Shown here: positions 29,466 through 46,420 of the stretch, piece by piece | Layout of the letters: each line of letters starts with the position of its first letter | Position numbering within the stretch: the stretch's first letter is position 1 | Assembly: GCA_009914755.4 (NCBI GenBank) | Contig: CP086569.2 | Location: forward strand, 14,432,001-14,496,000 | Direction of reading: 5' to 3' | Origin: the human T2T-CHM13v2.0 reference genome, Homo sapiens | DNA: 64,000 nucleotides | Notes under the pieces: model-generated | What the model was told of the DNA's origin: nothing | The model's database searches: none | What the model saw: only the letters and a program-made list of their open reading frames with translations | Position numbers and translations under genes: made by a program

Positions 29466-30580
29466 ATGGGTAACATAAAAAACCATATGCAGTTTGTACT
29501 CCCCTTCAGTGCATTTCAAATCACTGGACCTCATTTGACCCTGAGACTCTGAAGAGAAAATGGTTTATATTTTATTGTGCAAGGGCCTGACCTTGTTATT
29601 ATGTTGGGGATAAACAAACTTGACCTTCTGAGGGAAGTCTTGATTTCTGTACTATTCAACAACCAGATCTTTTCTGTAGGCAGAAGGGCAAGTGGCCCCT
29701 GGTTTCCTATGTGGGAAACCACATAGTTTTAGTTTTTAGTTTTGTGGGAAAATCCACATTTTTATAAGCATTGTACAGTTGACACTGTCTTCTTGGCAGG
29801 CCTGTCAGGCACGCCCACAAAGGATGATTACCCAAAGTCAGAGAGACAAACCACTGGGGAACCCTCAAATGCAACTACTGGGTGCCCTACCTGCCCCAGT
29901 TATTTGGGGATCCCAGTAGCCAAATCATTAACTCCTCTTGTTGTGCCATTCAAGAAATTCCCAACTTTGCTGTTGTCCCTGCAGAAAATGCCCAATAGGC
30001 ATGGTGCCACTAGGGTTAAAGTTCCCTTCTTATTGCAGGACCTTAGGCAAATAAAGGGGGACCTAGTCAAGTTCTCCAATGACACTGATAAATATATAGG
30101 GGTTTTCCGAAATTCAACCCAAGTGTTTAATCTTATGTGAAGAGATGTTATGCAACTTTTAAGCCAAACCCTAACTGTTAAAAAAACGGGCAGAGATATT
30201 CAGAGAGAAACAGTATCCCTCCTATAGCCTGTCAAAAGAAAGCCAATCAAAAGGGGAAAGAGGGTAAAAAAGAGCCATGGTCCCCATTTCCAATAGGAAG
30301 AGAAACATACCCCTTTAAATACCCTAATTGAAGCCCAGTAATTCCATAGATAAGTAGAAAAGAAAACAATTTTTATGTGCATTTTAAAAGGCTTACAAAG
30401 AACTAAAACCAAACCTCTCAATTATTCTAAACTGTGCTTGTTGAAGCTGAAACCAGATGAAAATTCCCCTCACTCTTTGGAAAGGCTGAGAAAAGCTTTA
30501 GTGAAACACATGTCCCTGTCTCCCAATTCAATTAAAGAAAAAAAAAAAGTTAATTACTCAGGCAGTCCCTGATGTCAAAA
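29466..30580 (+). pseudogene. ERV gag remnant (matrix, p12 region and N-terminal capsid up to the major homology region), frameshifted.
   Basis: It starts 'atgggtaac' (MGN, Gly2 myristoylation site). The MA motif 'ETLKRKWFIFYCARA(W)P..YVG' matches MLV '[23 protein letters not shown]'. ORF 29742-30140 '...VPFLLQDLRQIKGDLVKFSNDTDKYIGVFRNSTQVFNLM', followed by 'WRDVMQLLSQTLT', matches MLV '[54 protein letters not shown]'. The stretch 'ENSPHSLERLRKALVKHMSLSPNSIKEKK' matches the capsid MHR-region '[27 protein letters not shown]'. Confidence 0.7.
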
Positions 30581-30779
30581 GGAAGTTGCTGAAACAGGTT
30601 CTGTCTAAAGATCTTTCCAGTTTTTCTCACTCTCAAGTTTAAGCTTTGAAGCATGTAAATAATATTCTCCTCTCTGCCCCAACTGAGGAGGTCTCAAGAA
30701 GTCAACAAGGCTCTGCTCAATGTTTTAGCTGAAATAGAGTACAGGTTCTCAAAATCTAAAGCTCAGCTCTGTAAAACAA

Positions 30780-31400
30780 ACATAAAGTACCTAGATTTAG
30801 TCTTATCAGGAGGGATGAAAACACCAGATGAAGAAAAGATTAAGCCCATTTCTTTTAACAGTTAATGGGATTCTTGGGCATTACTGAATTTTGCAGACTG
30901 TGGGTACCTGGTGCAATGAAATAGCTGATCCTTTATACTACCTCATAAAACAAACTCATTCTCTAATATGGGAACCTAAAACACAAAAACTCAGCTAGAA
31001 CTCACTCTCTAACAGCAGCTAGAACTCACTTTCTAACATGGGAACCTAAAACACGAAAACCGTAAACCAGCTAAAGCTAGCCTTACTTAAAACACCAGCC
31101 CTCAGTCTTTCCATAGGGAAGGTATTTAATCATTATGTAACAGAAAGGAAGAAAATAGCCTTTGGAGTTTTGGCTAAGGCTTGAGGTCCAGCTCTACAGC
31201 CAGGATTAACCATGGGGAACAAGTGAACTGTTTGCACCCCGTACAGTAGTAGGACTGCTGTTCTCTAAGGGAGGTCTCTGATTAACAATCACCTCCTCAA
31301 ATATCAAGCTCTGCTGCTAGAGGGATCTGAAGTCCAGTAAAACAAACTGCTTTTGCCTAAACCCAGCCACCTTCTCCCAGAGGGAAGTGGAGAGCCTGAA
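30780..31400 (+). pseudogene. ERV pol remnant (RT thumb/connection, 'tether', start of RNase H). NC, protease and the RT catalytic core appear to have been deleted between about 30600 and 30780.
   Basis: The translation '...KVPRFSLIRRDENTR.RKD.AHFF.QLMGFLGITEFCRLWVPGAMK.LILYTTS.NK' matches MLV '[57 protein letters not shown]'. Downstream, '...FWLRLEVQLYSQD.PWGTSELFAPRTVVGLLFSKG' is like MLV '[36 protein letters not shown]'. Confidence 0.6.
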
Positions 31401-32441
31401 CATAATTGTGAACAGGTAGTAGTATAAACCAGTAAAAGAAATGATAAAAATCAGTTTATCTTCTATGTAAAATTTTAATTAATAAAAAATGATTTTCTTA
31501 AAGTGTACTCAGCTTAATTAAAAGGGGATATCTAAGCTATAGTTATATTTAAAAGGCTTTTACAGTTTTCTCTTCAAATATCTTGTTTCTGGAAGAGGTT
31601 TTTTTCCCTCAGTCAACAGAATTACTTTTCTCCTCTGTGTCTTGCCACTCTAGTAAATGCATGAAAGACCCTGTAATGACTTCTGGTGGCCTGGGACTCT
31701 TCAGGAAAACAGACAAGGCACCACATATCCCACTTTGGGAGAAATCTCTGTTTTCCTCATGGAGCCCCTGTAATTAGGGGTGAATAGGACCCTCTCAAAA
31801 TCTGTGTTGGTCTTCCATCTATGCTTGTTTATTAGGCCTTGGAAATTGTATTCCTAGCCCTGTTCTTAAAGGGCCTCACCAGGAGGCCAATAATCCAACT
31901 GGGAAATTAGCAAATGAAAGATATAACTATAGGGTCTTCCTCTGTGTGTCTGTGTGGTTATACATGCGTTACGTGTGTGATGTCTATTTAAAAAAGGAGC
32001 TCTAATTAATTGACTTAAAGAAGAATAAGCACTTGGATGAGATATTTTTAAGAAAAAAGTAAAGGCTGTAGTGCCTATTGGTTCATGTGACTTTATTCTT
32101 TAAGAAATACAAACAGCCTTGTAGCATATTGATAAAATCCAGATGTCTTTGAGATGTAAATAGGTGGTCTAAATTATGCCGGTAAGTTACTAGGTTTGCT
32201 AAATATTTTAAGGTTTTAAATTGCTTCTTTGGCCTTTAAGAACTGTTCAACTTTTCTGCTTCACAACGAGTAAGGCCTAGGGACATATGGAAGTGTCCAT
32301 GCCCGTAACTATGCTGGAAAATTTCAAACTTTAACTGTACCTAGCACATAATTAAAACAACTTACCAGGTTTCACATTCAAGTTAGTAATTGCTGAGTTA
32401 CCATTATGACATGTAATTGAAACTATTAAAAATAGACTTAT

Positions 32442-32747
32442 GGCTGGGTGCAGTGGCTCATGTCTGTAATCCCAGCACTTTGAGAGGCTGAGGCAGGTGG
32501 ATCATGAGGTCAGGAGATCGAGACCATCCTGGCTAACACGGTGAAATCCCGTATCTACTAAAAATACAAAAAGATTAGCCAGGCGTGGTGGCATGTGCCT
32601 GTAGTCCTAGCTACTTGGGAGGCTGAGGCAGGAGAATGGCATGAACCCAGGAGGCAGAGCTTGCAGTGAGCCAAGATCGCGCCACTTCACTCCAACCTGT
32701 GCGACAGAGTGAGACTCCATCTCCCCACAAAAAAAAAAAAAAAAAAG
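32442..32747 (+). mobile_element. Alu, plus orientation, inside the ERV.
   Basis: 'ggctgggtgcagtggctcatgtctgtaatcccagcactttgagaggctgaggcaggtggatcatgaggtcaggagatcgagaccatcctggctaac...ccaacctgtgcgacagagtgagactccatctccccacaaaaaaaaaaaaaaaaaa'. Confidence 0.95.
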
Positions 32748-34134
32748 GCTTACATGCAAGGTATTAAAAATAGTAAAGTATGTTTTCAGTAAAAGATTAT
32801 AAAAAGACATGAAAATGTATATTTTGTCTAAACATAAAGGATTGGCTTAAATAAAATAAAACAAGTTTTAAGCAATTGTGAAAAGATTATAAAAATCAAT
32901 CTTGAAATGAAATTTTGTTCATGAAAATATTAACTAAATTCAAAAGGTTATTATATAGTTTTTAAAATCAAGCATTAAAATAAAAGCACAGCAAGGTTTT
33001 CTTAAAATGCTAATCTACTCTTTAGCAAAATTTGTAGAGGGTTATAAAAGGTTTGTGAAAATCTCACCTCATGGTCAAATTGGTTAAAATTAAATAGAAT
33101 TGGCTATAAGATTTCATTAAAATTAGCATTAACATTAATGATAAACAAATGCAAGGGTGAATTTTGGCTTTCTCTTAAACATAATTTTTATGTAATAATA
33201 AAGGCTAATGAAAGGTTTTGCATTTTCAAGTTCTCAAGTCTTTTTTTGGGCAAAACAAATGACTTATGGTAATCTGAAATTTTATTTCATGATATCAAGT
33301 ATTTTAAAACTCCAGAATGTTCAACAGAATTCCCAAAATAAAATTTAAGTTTCAATGATGTCGTTCCTGGTGCCTGGCTTTTGGGTATTGCAAACAGCCT
33401 CTGAAGCATCTAGAAAAAAGGTAAACAGGATTATTTAACATGTTTATAAATATGAGATTGCTAAAATTAGGTCTAATCTTCAGGTTATATTTTACTGAAT
33501 AATATTAACATATATTCCAAAACTGCATGGAATTTCCAAGGTTTTAATGTGTGGATATATGCTATCAATTACAATTAAGATTATTATGTTGGGTTATGGC
33601 AAACCACAGAAATAACCAAATTTTCTTGTCAATTGAGTTTCTGACTGTAACTATCCTGAACATTTTGTCACTTACAGACAAGTGTCTCCTTTTAATTCTC
33701 TTCAAAAGATAGTTTATAATCAAACTGTTGGACATTATTAGCAGGTTCTCTCAAATGCAAGTTTCTCAGAAAAACATACAAAACTCATGAAAAGCTAAAA
33801 TGTTTATAAATATCAAGCAAAACAATACTTAATGAGGTGGACTAAACTAATCAAAAATGAAAGCAATGTTTTTTGATTTTTGCTTGGAACATTGCTGATC
33901 CTTTTTTTTTTTGCGTTTTTTTTTTTTTAATTATACTTTAAGTTTTAGGGTACATGTGCACATTGTGCAGGTTAGTTACATATGTATACATGTGCCGTGC
34001 TGGTGCGCTGCACCCACTAACTCGTCATCTACCATTAGGTATATCTCCCAGTGTTATCCCTCTCCCCTCCCCCGACCCCACAACAGTCCCCAGAGTGTGA
34101 TATTCCCCTTCCTGTGTCCATGTGATCTCATTGT

Positions 34135-37958
<3,824 letters not shown>

Positions 37959-38021
37959 TATGATGTTAGCTGGTGATTTTGCTCGTTAGTTGATGCAGTT
38001 TCTTCCTAGTCTTGATGGTCT

Positions 38022-39035
38022 TTACATTTTGGCATGATTTTGCAGCGGCTGGTACTGGTTGTTCGTTTCCATGTTTAGCGCTTCCTTCAGGAGCTCTTTT
38101 AGGGCAGGCCTGTTAGTGACAAAATCTCTCAGCATTTGCTTGTCTGTAAAGTATTTAATTTCTCCTTCACTTATGAAGCTTAGTTTGGCTGGATATGAAA
38201 TTCTGGGTTGAAAATTCTTTTCTTTAAGAATGTTGAATATTGGCCCCCACTCTCTTCTGGCTTGGAGGGTTTCTGCCGAGAGATCCGCTGTTAGTCTGAT
38301 GGGCTTCCCTTTGAGGGTAACCCGACCTTTCTCTCTGGCTGCCCTTAACATTTTTTCCTTCATTTCAACTTTGGTGAATCTGACAATTATGTGTCTTGGA
38401 GTTGCTCTTCTCGAGGAGTATCTTTGTGGCATTCTCTGTATTTCCTGAATCTGAACGTTGGCCTGCCTTGCTAGATTGGGGAAGTTCTCCTGGATAATAT
38501 CCTGCAGAGTGTTTTCCAACTTGGTTCCATTCTCCCCATCACTTTCAGGTACACCAATCAGACGTAGATTTGGTCTTTTCACATAGTCCCATATTTCTTG
38601 GAGGCTTTGCTCATTTCTTTTTATTCTTTTTTCTCTAAACTTCCCTTCTCACTTCATTTCATTCATTTCATCTTCCATTGCTGATACCCTTTCTTCCAGT
38701 TGATCGCATCGGCTCCTGAGGCTTCTGCATTCTTCACGTAGTTCTCGAGCCTTGGTTTTCAGCTCCATCAGCTCCTTTAAGCACTTCTCTGTATTGGTTA
38801 TTCTAGTTATACATTCTTCTAAATTTTTTTCAAAGTTTTCAACTTCTTTGCCTTTGGTTTGAATGTCCTCCCATAGCTCAGAGTAATTTGATCGTCTGAA
38901 GCCTTCTCTCAGCTCGTCAAAGTCATTCTCCATCCAGCTTCGTTCCGTTGCTGGTGAGGAACTGCGTTCCTTTGGAGGAGGAGAGTTGCTCTGTGTTTTA
39001 GAGTTTCCAGTTTTTCTGTTCTGTTTTTTCCCCAT
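38022..39035 (-). pseudogene. L1 ORF1 of the nested L1, interrupted by one premature stop (likely CGA to TGA at a CpG) between the coiled-coil and RRM domains.
   Basis: Minus ORFs 38649-39035 (MGKKQNRKTGNSKTQSNSPPPKE...MEDEMNEMK) and 38022-38582 (MKRPNLRLIGVPESD...QNHAKM). The reverse complement of the linker reads 'gatgaaatgaatgaaatgaagTGAgaagggaagtttagagaaaaaagaataaaa', giving DEMNEMK*EGKFREKRIK where L1HS has ...MKREGKF. Confidence 0.85.
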
Positions 39036-39936
39036 CTTTGTGGTTTTATCTACTTTTGGTCTTTGATGATGGTGATGTACAGATGGGTTTTCGGTGTGGA
39101 TGTCCTTTCTGTTTGTTAGTTTTCCTTCTAATAGACAGGACCCTCAGCTGCAGGTCTGTTGGAATACCTTGCATTGTGAGGTGTCAATGTGCCCCTGCTG
39201 TGGGGTGCCTCCCAGTTAGGCTGCTCGGGGTCAGGGGTCAGGGACCCACTTGAGAGGCAGTCTGCGGGTTCTCAGATCTCCAGCTGCGGGCTGGGAGAAC
39301 CACTGCTCTCTTCAAAGCTGTCAGACAGGGACATTTAAGTCTGCAGAGGTTACTGCTGTCTTTTTGTTTTTCTGTGCCCTGCCCCCAGAGGTGGAGCCTA
39401 CAGTGGCAGGCAGGCCTCCTTGAACTGTGGTGGGCTCCACCCAGTTCGAGCTTCTGGGCTGCTTTGTTTGCCTAAGCAAGCCTGGGCAATGGCGGGCTCC
39501 CCTCCCCCAGCCTCGCTGCCGCCTTGCAGTTTGATCTCAGACTGCTGTGCTAGCAATCAGCGAGACTCCGTGGGTGTAGGACCCTCCGAGCCAGGTGCGG
39601 GATATAGTGTCGTGGTGCGCCGTTTTTTAAGCCGGTCTGAAAAGAACAATATTCGGGTGGGAGTGACCCGATTTTCCAGGTGGGTCCATCACCCCTTTCT
39701 TTGACTCGGAAAGGGAACTCCCTGACCCCTTGCGCTTCCCAGGTGAGGCAATGCCTCGCCCTGCTTCGGCTCCCGAACGGTGCTTGCACCCACTGGCCTG
39801 CGCCCACTGTCTGGCACTCCCTAGTGAGATGAACCCGGTACCTCAGATGGAAATGCAGAAATCACCCGTCTTCTGCGTCGCTCACGCTGGGAGCTGTAGA
39901 CCGGAGCTGTTCCTATTCGGCCATCTTGGCTCCTCC
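39036..39936 (-). promoter_or_regulatory. L1 5'UTR of the nested L1 (an internal sense Pol II promoter and antisense promoter, per general L1 biology).
   Basis: An about 900-bp GC-rich 5'UTR lies upstream of the ORF1 ATG. It retains the YY1-box core 'ccatcttgg' (reverse complement of 'ccaagatgg') near the 5' terminus. Confidence 0.7.
39489..39704 (+). CDS. Candidate L1 antisense ORF0 (71 codons, ATG to TGA) within the 5'UTR of the nested L1.
   Basis: 'MAGSPPPASLPPCSLISDCCASNQRDSVGVGPSEPGAGYSVVVRRFLSRSEKNNIRVGVTRFSRWVHHPFL' is 71 aa. In element coordinates it runs from about nt 450 to 235 antisense. That agrees with my recollection that primate L1 ORF0 is a 71-codon antisense ORF at about nt 452-236 of the 5'UTR. 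I cannot verify its exact sequence. Confidence 0.5.
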   Translation: MAGSPPPASLPPCSLISDCCASNQRDSVGVGPSEPGAGYSVVVRRFLSRSEKNNIRVGVTRFSRWVHHPFL

Positions 39937-39989
39937 TGCTGATCCTTTTTTGTTTTTCAGACTCAAGGAAAATTCCTTAAAAGCTTTTG

Positions 39990-40310
39990 GCCAGGCACGG
40001 TGGCTCATGACTGTAATCCCAGCACTTTGGGAGGCTGAGGTGAGTGGATCACAAGGTCAGGAATTCAAGACCAGCCTGACCAACGTGGTGAAACCCGCAT
40101 CTCCACTAAAAATACAAACATTAGCTGAGCATGGTGGCACATGCCTGTAATCCCAGACATTCAGGAGGCTGAGGCAGGAGAATTGCTTGAACCCGGGAGG
40201 TGGTGATTGCAGTGAGCTGAGATTGAGTCACTGTGATCCAGCCTGGGTGACAGAGTGAGACTCTGCCTCAAAAAAAAAAAAAAAACACACACACACACAC
40301 AAAAACACCT
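39990..40310 (+). mobile_element. Alu, plus orientation, with an A-rich/(CA)n tail. It lies just 3' of the nested L1 within the ERV.
   Basis: 'ggccaggcacggtggctcatgactgtaatcccagcactttgggaggctgaggtgagtggatcacaaggtcaggaattcaagaccagcctgaccaacgtggtgaaacccgcatctccac...gcctcaaaaaaaaaaaaaaaacacacacacacacacaaaaacac'. Confidence 0.95.
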
Positions 40311-41542
40311 TCTTTCAACAACTGAGCAAGGTATACTCCTATGAACAAAATTTCGAACATGTTTATTTCTCTCTGCCTAGTTCTTCTAAAATTCAAAAAC
40401 TAGTTATGACTGTTTTTTTACTTACAACAGTATAGTTGTTTGCATCAGTGCAACAGGAATTTATTTTCTTTTGCAACAAGACACAATTGAAAAAACTGGT
40501 TGTTTTACCAAGGCCTTGACTAGATGGGTGTGTTTCCCTTTAAGGAATCAAGCTTGGCTTGCAGAGCGGATAAAAGCCGCTTGGGAAAACTGACCTCATA
40601 TTTTGTCTACACAGTCTCTGTACAGGATTCCTGACCTGTGGTGAGTAAAGAATGTCACTTTCTAACAGGCCTAGGAAACCAATGCTCCTGGAACTGCAAA
40701 AAAAAAAAAAAAAAAAAAGTTTACCCAACGCTCACAGGTATTTGAAAATACAAACCCAAGGCTAGCCTTGTTTTAAGGAGTTCTGCCTGAGATTCCTTGT
40801 GGAACAGAGTTCCATCAATGCCAGTCAAAAAGGACTACATAAAGGTGATTATTCTTGCTGCACTTTATGCAAATAATTATGCCAAGTATAATACTAAAGT
40901 CTATTTTGCAAATAGCCGTGTCCTATCATAAGTTGCTTTTAACAAAAATGAGAACTGAAGAGAAAGAAATTATGTTTTAAAACTTATCATACATTTATCA
41001 TTAACTTCTAGTTTCATTAGTTATTTTTAAGTATTTGTCTACATTTTAAAATAATTGTGCTTATTCCTATGAGCCAACCAGGAATCTCCAGCTATAGCTC
41101 AGAGGTGACAGAAGGATGGGGAATGTAAAACTCTAGATCAATATTCTGGCTCTGAGCAATTGTTTTGCAGCTCCTTCTGGGTAATGGGAACAAATATGAT
41201 GCCCATAGCCCAGAAATTTCCTTGAAAGAAAAAAAATCAAGAAAGCTAACCAAAGCCAAGCCCTATGCACCCAAATCTTAGCAAGCCCAACTCTAGCCAC
41301 TAGTTACGGGGACATGTAAGCAGCCTTAACATTTTTAAGCTGCTTTTACCCCCCTTGTCTCATTTTAATACATGTCCTCTAATAACCAAAATTGTTTCTT
41401 TTCATCTAGAGGCTATCAAACTCCAAACAGTGATGCAAATGGAACCATGCATGAATGCACCTTTCCATGAATGAATAACATGTAAGCCAACCTTGGGAGG
41501 AATCCTAGCTGCTGTTCCTAACACAATGCACCTCTCTAGCAA

Positions 41543-42352
41543 AAAGTAGCCAGAAAAATCAATGCTCTAGTTAGATAACAAGGGAAGAGTCACGGAGAGT
41601 CCCAGGCTAATGGGTCAGTGCCTCATCCCCACATAACATAAAAAGCAGCCTGGGAAATAATTCAAGCTGCAGGCACCAATAAGGAAACTTGCACAGGGTG
41701 TTGTGCCTGCAGACAGGTCCATTACTGCACAGATTGAAAAACCTCCAAACCCATTTGGATATAATTGTGCACAAACCTCCAGCTCACTCAGAGAAGGGAA
41801 TGCCTTTATCTTTTGTATAGTCAGCAGGCTCCCAGGAAAATGTTTCTTCTTCTTTTGTGGTCATGGGCACAGTGGACTCTGGTAGGTCCCAGTGGGCACC
41901 CTACTTTTATTTATTAGAACTATAAGTTTGGCTTCTATGAATCATCATCTCAGCCTCTGATTTGTCCTGAGCCAAGGTCCCAGGCCAAGCTTTCACATCA
42001 ACTTCTGATAGGTCTTAGGCCAAGCTAAGCAGCAATTATGAAACATCATTTCACCTCCTCATTGGTCCCAGGCCAAGGTCCTAGGCCAAGCTGAGTTGCA
42101 CATTTGCTAAAACAGCCTGCAGAGTAAGCGTACTCCTTCTCCTTCCCAGTCCATGAAAACCATGGACCCCACCTCATAGGGGATACTCCCATTCAGGACC
42201 CCCTTTTTGTGCTGGCAGAGAGCTTTCCTCTTTCACTCGTTAATCATTCACTCTAACCTCACCTGTGTTTCCATACTCCTTAATCATCTTGGAGATAGGA
42301 CACAAAACTCCAGACATTATCTTAGACAATGTTGTGTTTCCATTATCATGGT
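41543..42352 (+). mobile_element. ERV 3' LTR.
   Basis: It aligns with the 5' LTR ('tagttagataacaagggaagagtcacggagagtcccaggctaatgggtcagtgcctcatccccacataacataaaaagcagcctgggaaataattcaagctgcaggcac...cagggtgttgtgcctgcagaca...tgtgctggcagagagctttcctctttc...ccttaatcatcttggag...gacaatgttgtgtttccattatca'). The old L1 sequence resumes immediately after ('tggttcaataaattttt...gtcattcaggagc'). Confidence 0.8.
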
Positions 42353-43020
42353 TCAATAAATTTTTTTATTTCCTTCTTAATTTCTTGATTGACCAGCTGG
42401 TCATTCAGGAGCATAATGTCTAATATTCATGGGTTATATAGTTTCAAAAATTCCTCTTTTTGTTGATTTCTAGCCTGGTTTATTGTGGCCAGATAAGACA
42501 CTTGATATTATTTTAGCTCTGGAATATTTTAAGAATTGTTTTGTGACCTAATATATGTTCTGTCCTTGAGAATGATTCGTCTGCTTCTGGGAAGAATGTG
42601 TATTCTGCAGGCACTGGATGAAATGTTTTGTAAATATCTATTAGCCGCATTTGGCCTATAGTGCAGATTAAGTCCAATATTTCTTTGTTGAGTTTCTCTC
42701 TCAGAGATCTGCACAATGCTGAAAGTGGGGTGTTAAAGTGTCCAGTTATTGTTGTATTGAAGTCTATTGCTCTCTTTAACTCTAATAATATTTGCTTTAA
42801 TTATCTGGGTGCTCTAGTGTTGGGTGAATATGTATACTTGCAATTGTTATATCCTGTTTCTGGATTGACTCCTTTATCATTATACTTTGTCTGTTTTTAC
42901 AGTTTTTGTCTTAAAATCTCTTTGTCTTATATAAATATAGTTATAGTGATCTGTTTCAGTTGTAATGAAATATCTTATTCCATCCTTTTGTTTTCAGTCT
43001 ATGTGTATCTTTAGAGGTTA
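42353..43020 (-). mobile_element. Older L1 ORF2 EN-domain region, minus orientation. It is the right flank of the ERV insertion and continues the L1 at 24450-25949.
   Basis: 'ggtcattcaggagcataatgtc...ctgcacaatgctgaaagtggggtgttaaagtgtccagttattgttgtattgaagtctattgctctctttaactctaataatatttgctttaattatctgggtgctctagtgttgggtgaatatgtatac' matches the reverse complement of the L1 ORF2 5' region. Confidence 0.8.
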
Positions 43021-43299
43021 GTTAAGTTTTTAATGGCATCAAGATAATATGCATTGAATACAAACTGTATTTTTCCTGAAATAATACAAGCCAGATGCAG
43101 CTCCTAGTTACTCACACACTTTCAACTTACATTTTTTCTTCTTTTTAAAATTTCATTTTAATTTTCAATTCAGTGGTTTGTTATAGAATATATTTTATGA
43201 AGATGAGGTTTGGGCTTCTATTGGTCCCATCTCCCATATAGTAAATACGGTACCCAATATAAACTTTTTCAGCCTTTGTCCCCCTTTCTAACTTACTCT

Positions 43300-44990
43300 T
43301 TTTGGAGCCCACAGTGTTTATTGTTTTCATTTTTATATCCATGTGTACATGAGATTTAGTTCCCGTTTATAATGAGAACATGCAACATTTGGTTTTCTGT
43401 GTTAAATGACTTAGGGTAATGGTGTCTAGCTGCATGCATGTGGCTACAGAAAACATTAAGTCTTTTTTTGTGGCTGCGTAGTATTTTATGTTGTATAAGT
43501 ACCATATTTTCTTTATCCAAACCACCACTTAAGGACACCTATGTTGATTTAATGTCTTTGCTATTGTAAATAGTGCTGTGATATGAATGCATGTGCATTT
43601 TTGGTACAACCATATTTTTAGGCATATATAAGCAATAATAAGGTTGTTGGGTTACATGGGAGTTCTGTTTTTAGCTCTTTGAGAAATCTCCAAAGTAATT
43701 TCCACAGTTGTTGAGCTAATTTACATTCTCAGCAATAATGTGCAAGTATTACCTTTTCCACATGGCATCACCAATATCTTTTATTTTTTTGACATTTTAA
43801 TCATGGCTATTCTGACTTATGGGTAATGATATCTCATTGTTATTTTGATTTACATTTCTCTGATAATTAGCAACATGAAGCATTTTTCCCATACTTTGTT
43901 GGCCATTTGTAAGTCTTCTTTGGAGAGTGTCTGTTCATGCCCTTTGCCCGTGTTTTAATGGAGTGATTTGTTTTTTCCTTGTTGCACTGTTTAATTTCCT
44001 AATTTATTTTGGGTATTAGTCCCTTATAAGATAAATGGTTTGCAAAAATTTTTCTCCTACTTTGTAGTTTGTCTGTTTACTGTGTTTACAGTTTTTTTGC
44101 TGTGTTGAAGTTCTTTAATTAGGTCTCACTTGTCAATTTTTCTTTTTGTTTCAATTGCTTTTAATTATTTGTTCATAAAGTATTTGCTAAGACCAACATC
44201 CAGAATGGCATTTTGCTGGTTTTCTTATAGAATGTAGTTTGAGGGTTTAAATTTAACTCTTTAATTCATCTTGACTTAAAGATATGGTATATGAGGATAA
44301 ATAGGAGTCCAGTTTTATTATTCTGTATATGGTTAGCCAGTTTTCCCACACTATTTATTAAACAGTCATTTCTTTATTGTTTATTCTTGTTCACTTTTTC
44401 AAAGATCAGTTGGTGGTAGCTATGCTGTATTTTTTCTAAGTTCTCTATTCTGTTCTATTGGCCCATTTTTCTGTCTTCATAACAATAACATGCTGTTCTG
44501 GATAATGAATCATTGTAGTATAGTTGAAAATCTGGTAATGTAATGCCTCTGGCTTTGTGCTCTTTGGTTAGGATTGCTTTGAGCTTCTAGTTGTTTCCAC
44601 ATGCATTTTAGAATTTTATTTAATTATGTGAAAACTGAACTTGGTAGTTTGATAGAAATACTATATCCATATATTGCTGTGGGCATTATGGATATTTTTA
44701 AAAGGTTGATTCTTTAAACTATAATTATACAATGTATTTTTTGTTTGTATTTTCTATAATTTATTCTATCAGTGCTTGGTAGTTCTCTTTATAGAGATCT
44801 TTCACCTATTTGGTTAACTGTATTTCCAGATATTTTACTTTTTGTGAATATTGTAAATGGGATTGCATTTTAAGTTTATGGGCACATGTGAAGGTATTTT
44901 ATATATGTAAACTCATACCAGTGGGGTTGCTGTGCAGAGTATTTATTGTGTTAAGCCTACTGCCTATTAATAATTTTTCCTGATCCTCTT
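43300..44990 (-). mobile_element. Old L1 (L1PB/L1MA-like) 3' half, minus orientation.
   Basis: Reverse-complement L1 3'-end/ORF2 C-terminal sequence ('gagaacatgcaacatttggttttctgtg...gtggctgcgtagtattttatgttgtataagtaccatattttctttatccaaaccaccact', 'gatatctcattgttattttgatttacatttctctgataattagcaacatgaagcatttttcc'). Confidence 0.8.
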
Positions 44991-45039
44991 CCTCCCTGAC
45001 ATGCCATCCTCAGGTAGGCCCCAGTGTCTGTTGTTCTTA

Positions 45040-45353
45040 AAGAGTTTCTGCACAGCAAAAGAAACTATCATCTGACCAAATGGGTGGCCTTCAGAATGGG
45101 AGAAAATGCTTGCAAACTATGCATCTGACAAAGGTCTAATATTCAACACCTTTAAGAAATGTAAACAAATTAATAAGAAAAAATGAACAACCCTATTAAA
45201 AAAGGGTGAAAGACATGAGCTTTTCAGAAGACATACATGTGGACAACAAGCATATTATAGAAGCTCAATATCAGTAATCATTAGAGAATTTCAAATCAAA
45301 ACTGCAATAAGATACATTCTTACACTGAAAAAAATGGCTATTATTAAAAATTC
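45040..45353 (+). mobile_element. Old L1 ORF2 C-terminal fragment, plus orientation.
   Basis: 'ttctgcacagcaaaagaaactatcatctgaccaaatgggtggccttcagaatgggagaaaatgcttgcaaactatgcatctgacaaaggtctaatattcaacacc...caaatcaaaactgcaataagatacattcttacactgaaaaaaatggctattattaaaaat'. Confidence 0.75.
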
Positions 45354-46094
45354 GGAGGGGAGGAGCCAACATGACTGAATAGGAACAGCTCCAGTCTACA
45401 GCTCTCCACGTGAGTGATGCAGAAGACGGGTGATTTCTGCATTTCCAACTGAGGTACCAGGTTCATCTCACTGGGGAGTGTAGCGCACCCTGTGAGAGCT
45501 GACGCAGGGCGAGGCATCACCTCATCTGGGAAATGCAAGGGGTCAGGGAATTCCCTTTCCTAGTCAAAGAAAGGGGTGAGAGACAGCACCTGGAAAATTG
45601 GGTCACTCCCACCCTAATACTGCACTTTTTCCAACAGCCTTAAAAAATGGCACACCAGGAGATTATATCCTGCACATGGCTTGGAGGGTCCTATGCCCAC
45701 AGAATCTCACTCTTTGCTAGCACAGCAGTCTGAGATCAGATTGCAAGGCAGCAGTGAGGCTGGGGGAGGGGCGCCAGCCATTGCTGAGTTAGTTGTTTGA
45801 TTAGGTAAACAAAGTGGCTGGGAAGCTCCAACTGGGTGGAGCTTCAGGAACTTGGAAGAGTTCCTGAAGGAAGCACTAAATATGGAAAGGAAAAATTTTT
45901 ACCAGCCACTACAAAAACACACTGAAGCACACAGACAAATGACACTATGAAAAAACTACATCATCACGGCTGCAAAATTAACCAGCTAACATCATGAAGC
46001 CAGGATCAAATTCACATGTAACAATATTAACCTTAAATGTAAATAGGCTGAATGCCCCAATTAAAATGCACAGACTGACAAGCTAGATAAAAAG

Positions 46095-46420
<326 letters not shown>

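Noticed and set aside
40310-41542. The region between the nested Alu and the 3' LTR as possibly a recognisable env gene with an immunosuppressive domain.
   Set aside because: I could not find TM/ISD-like (LQNRRGLDLL/CKS17-type) or SU motifs in any frame. It is probably a heavily decayed env/3' leader, so it gets no feature call.
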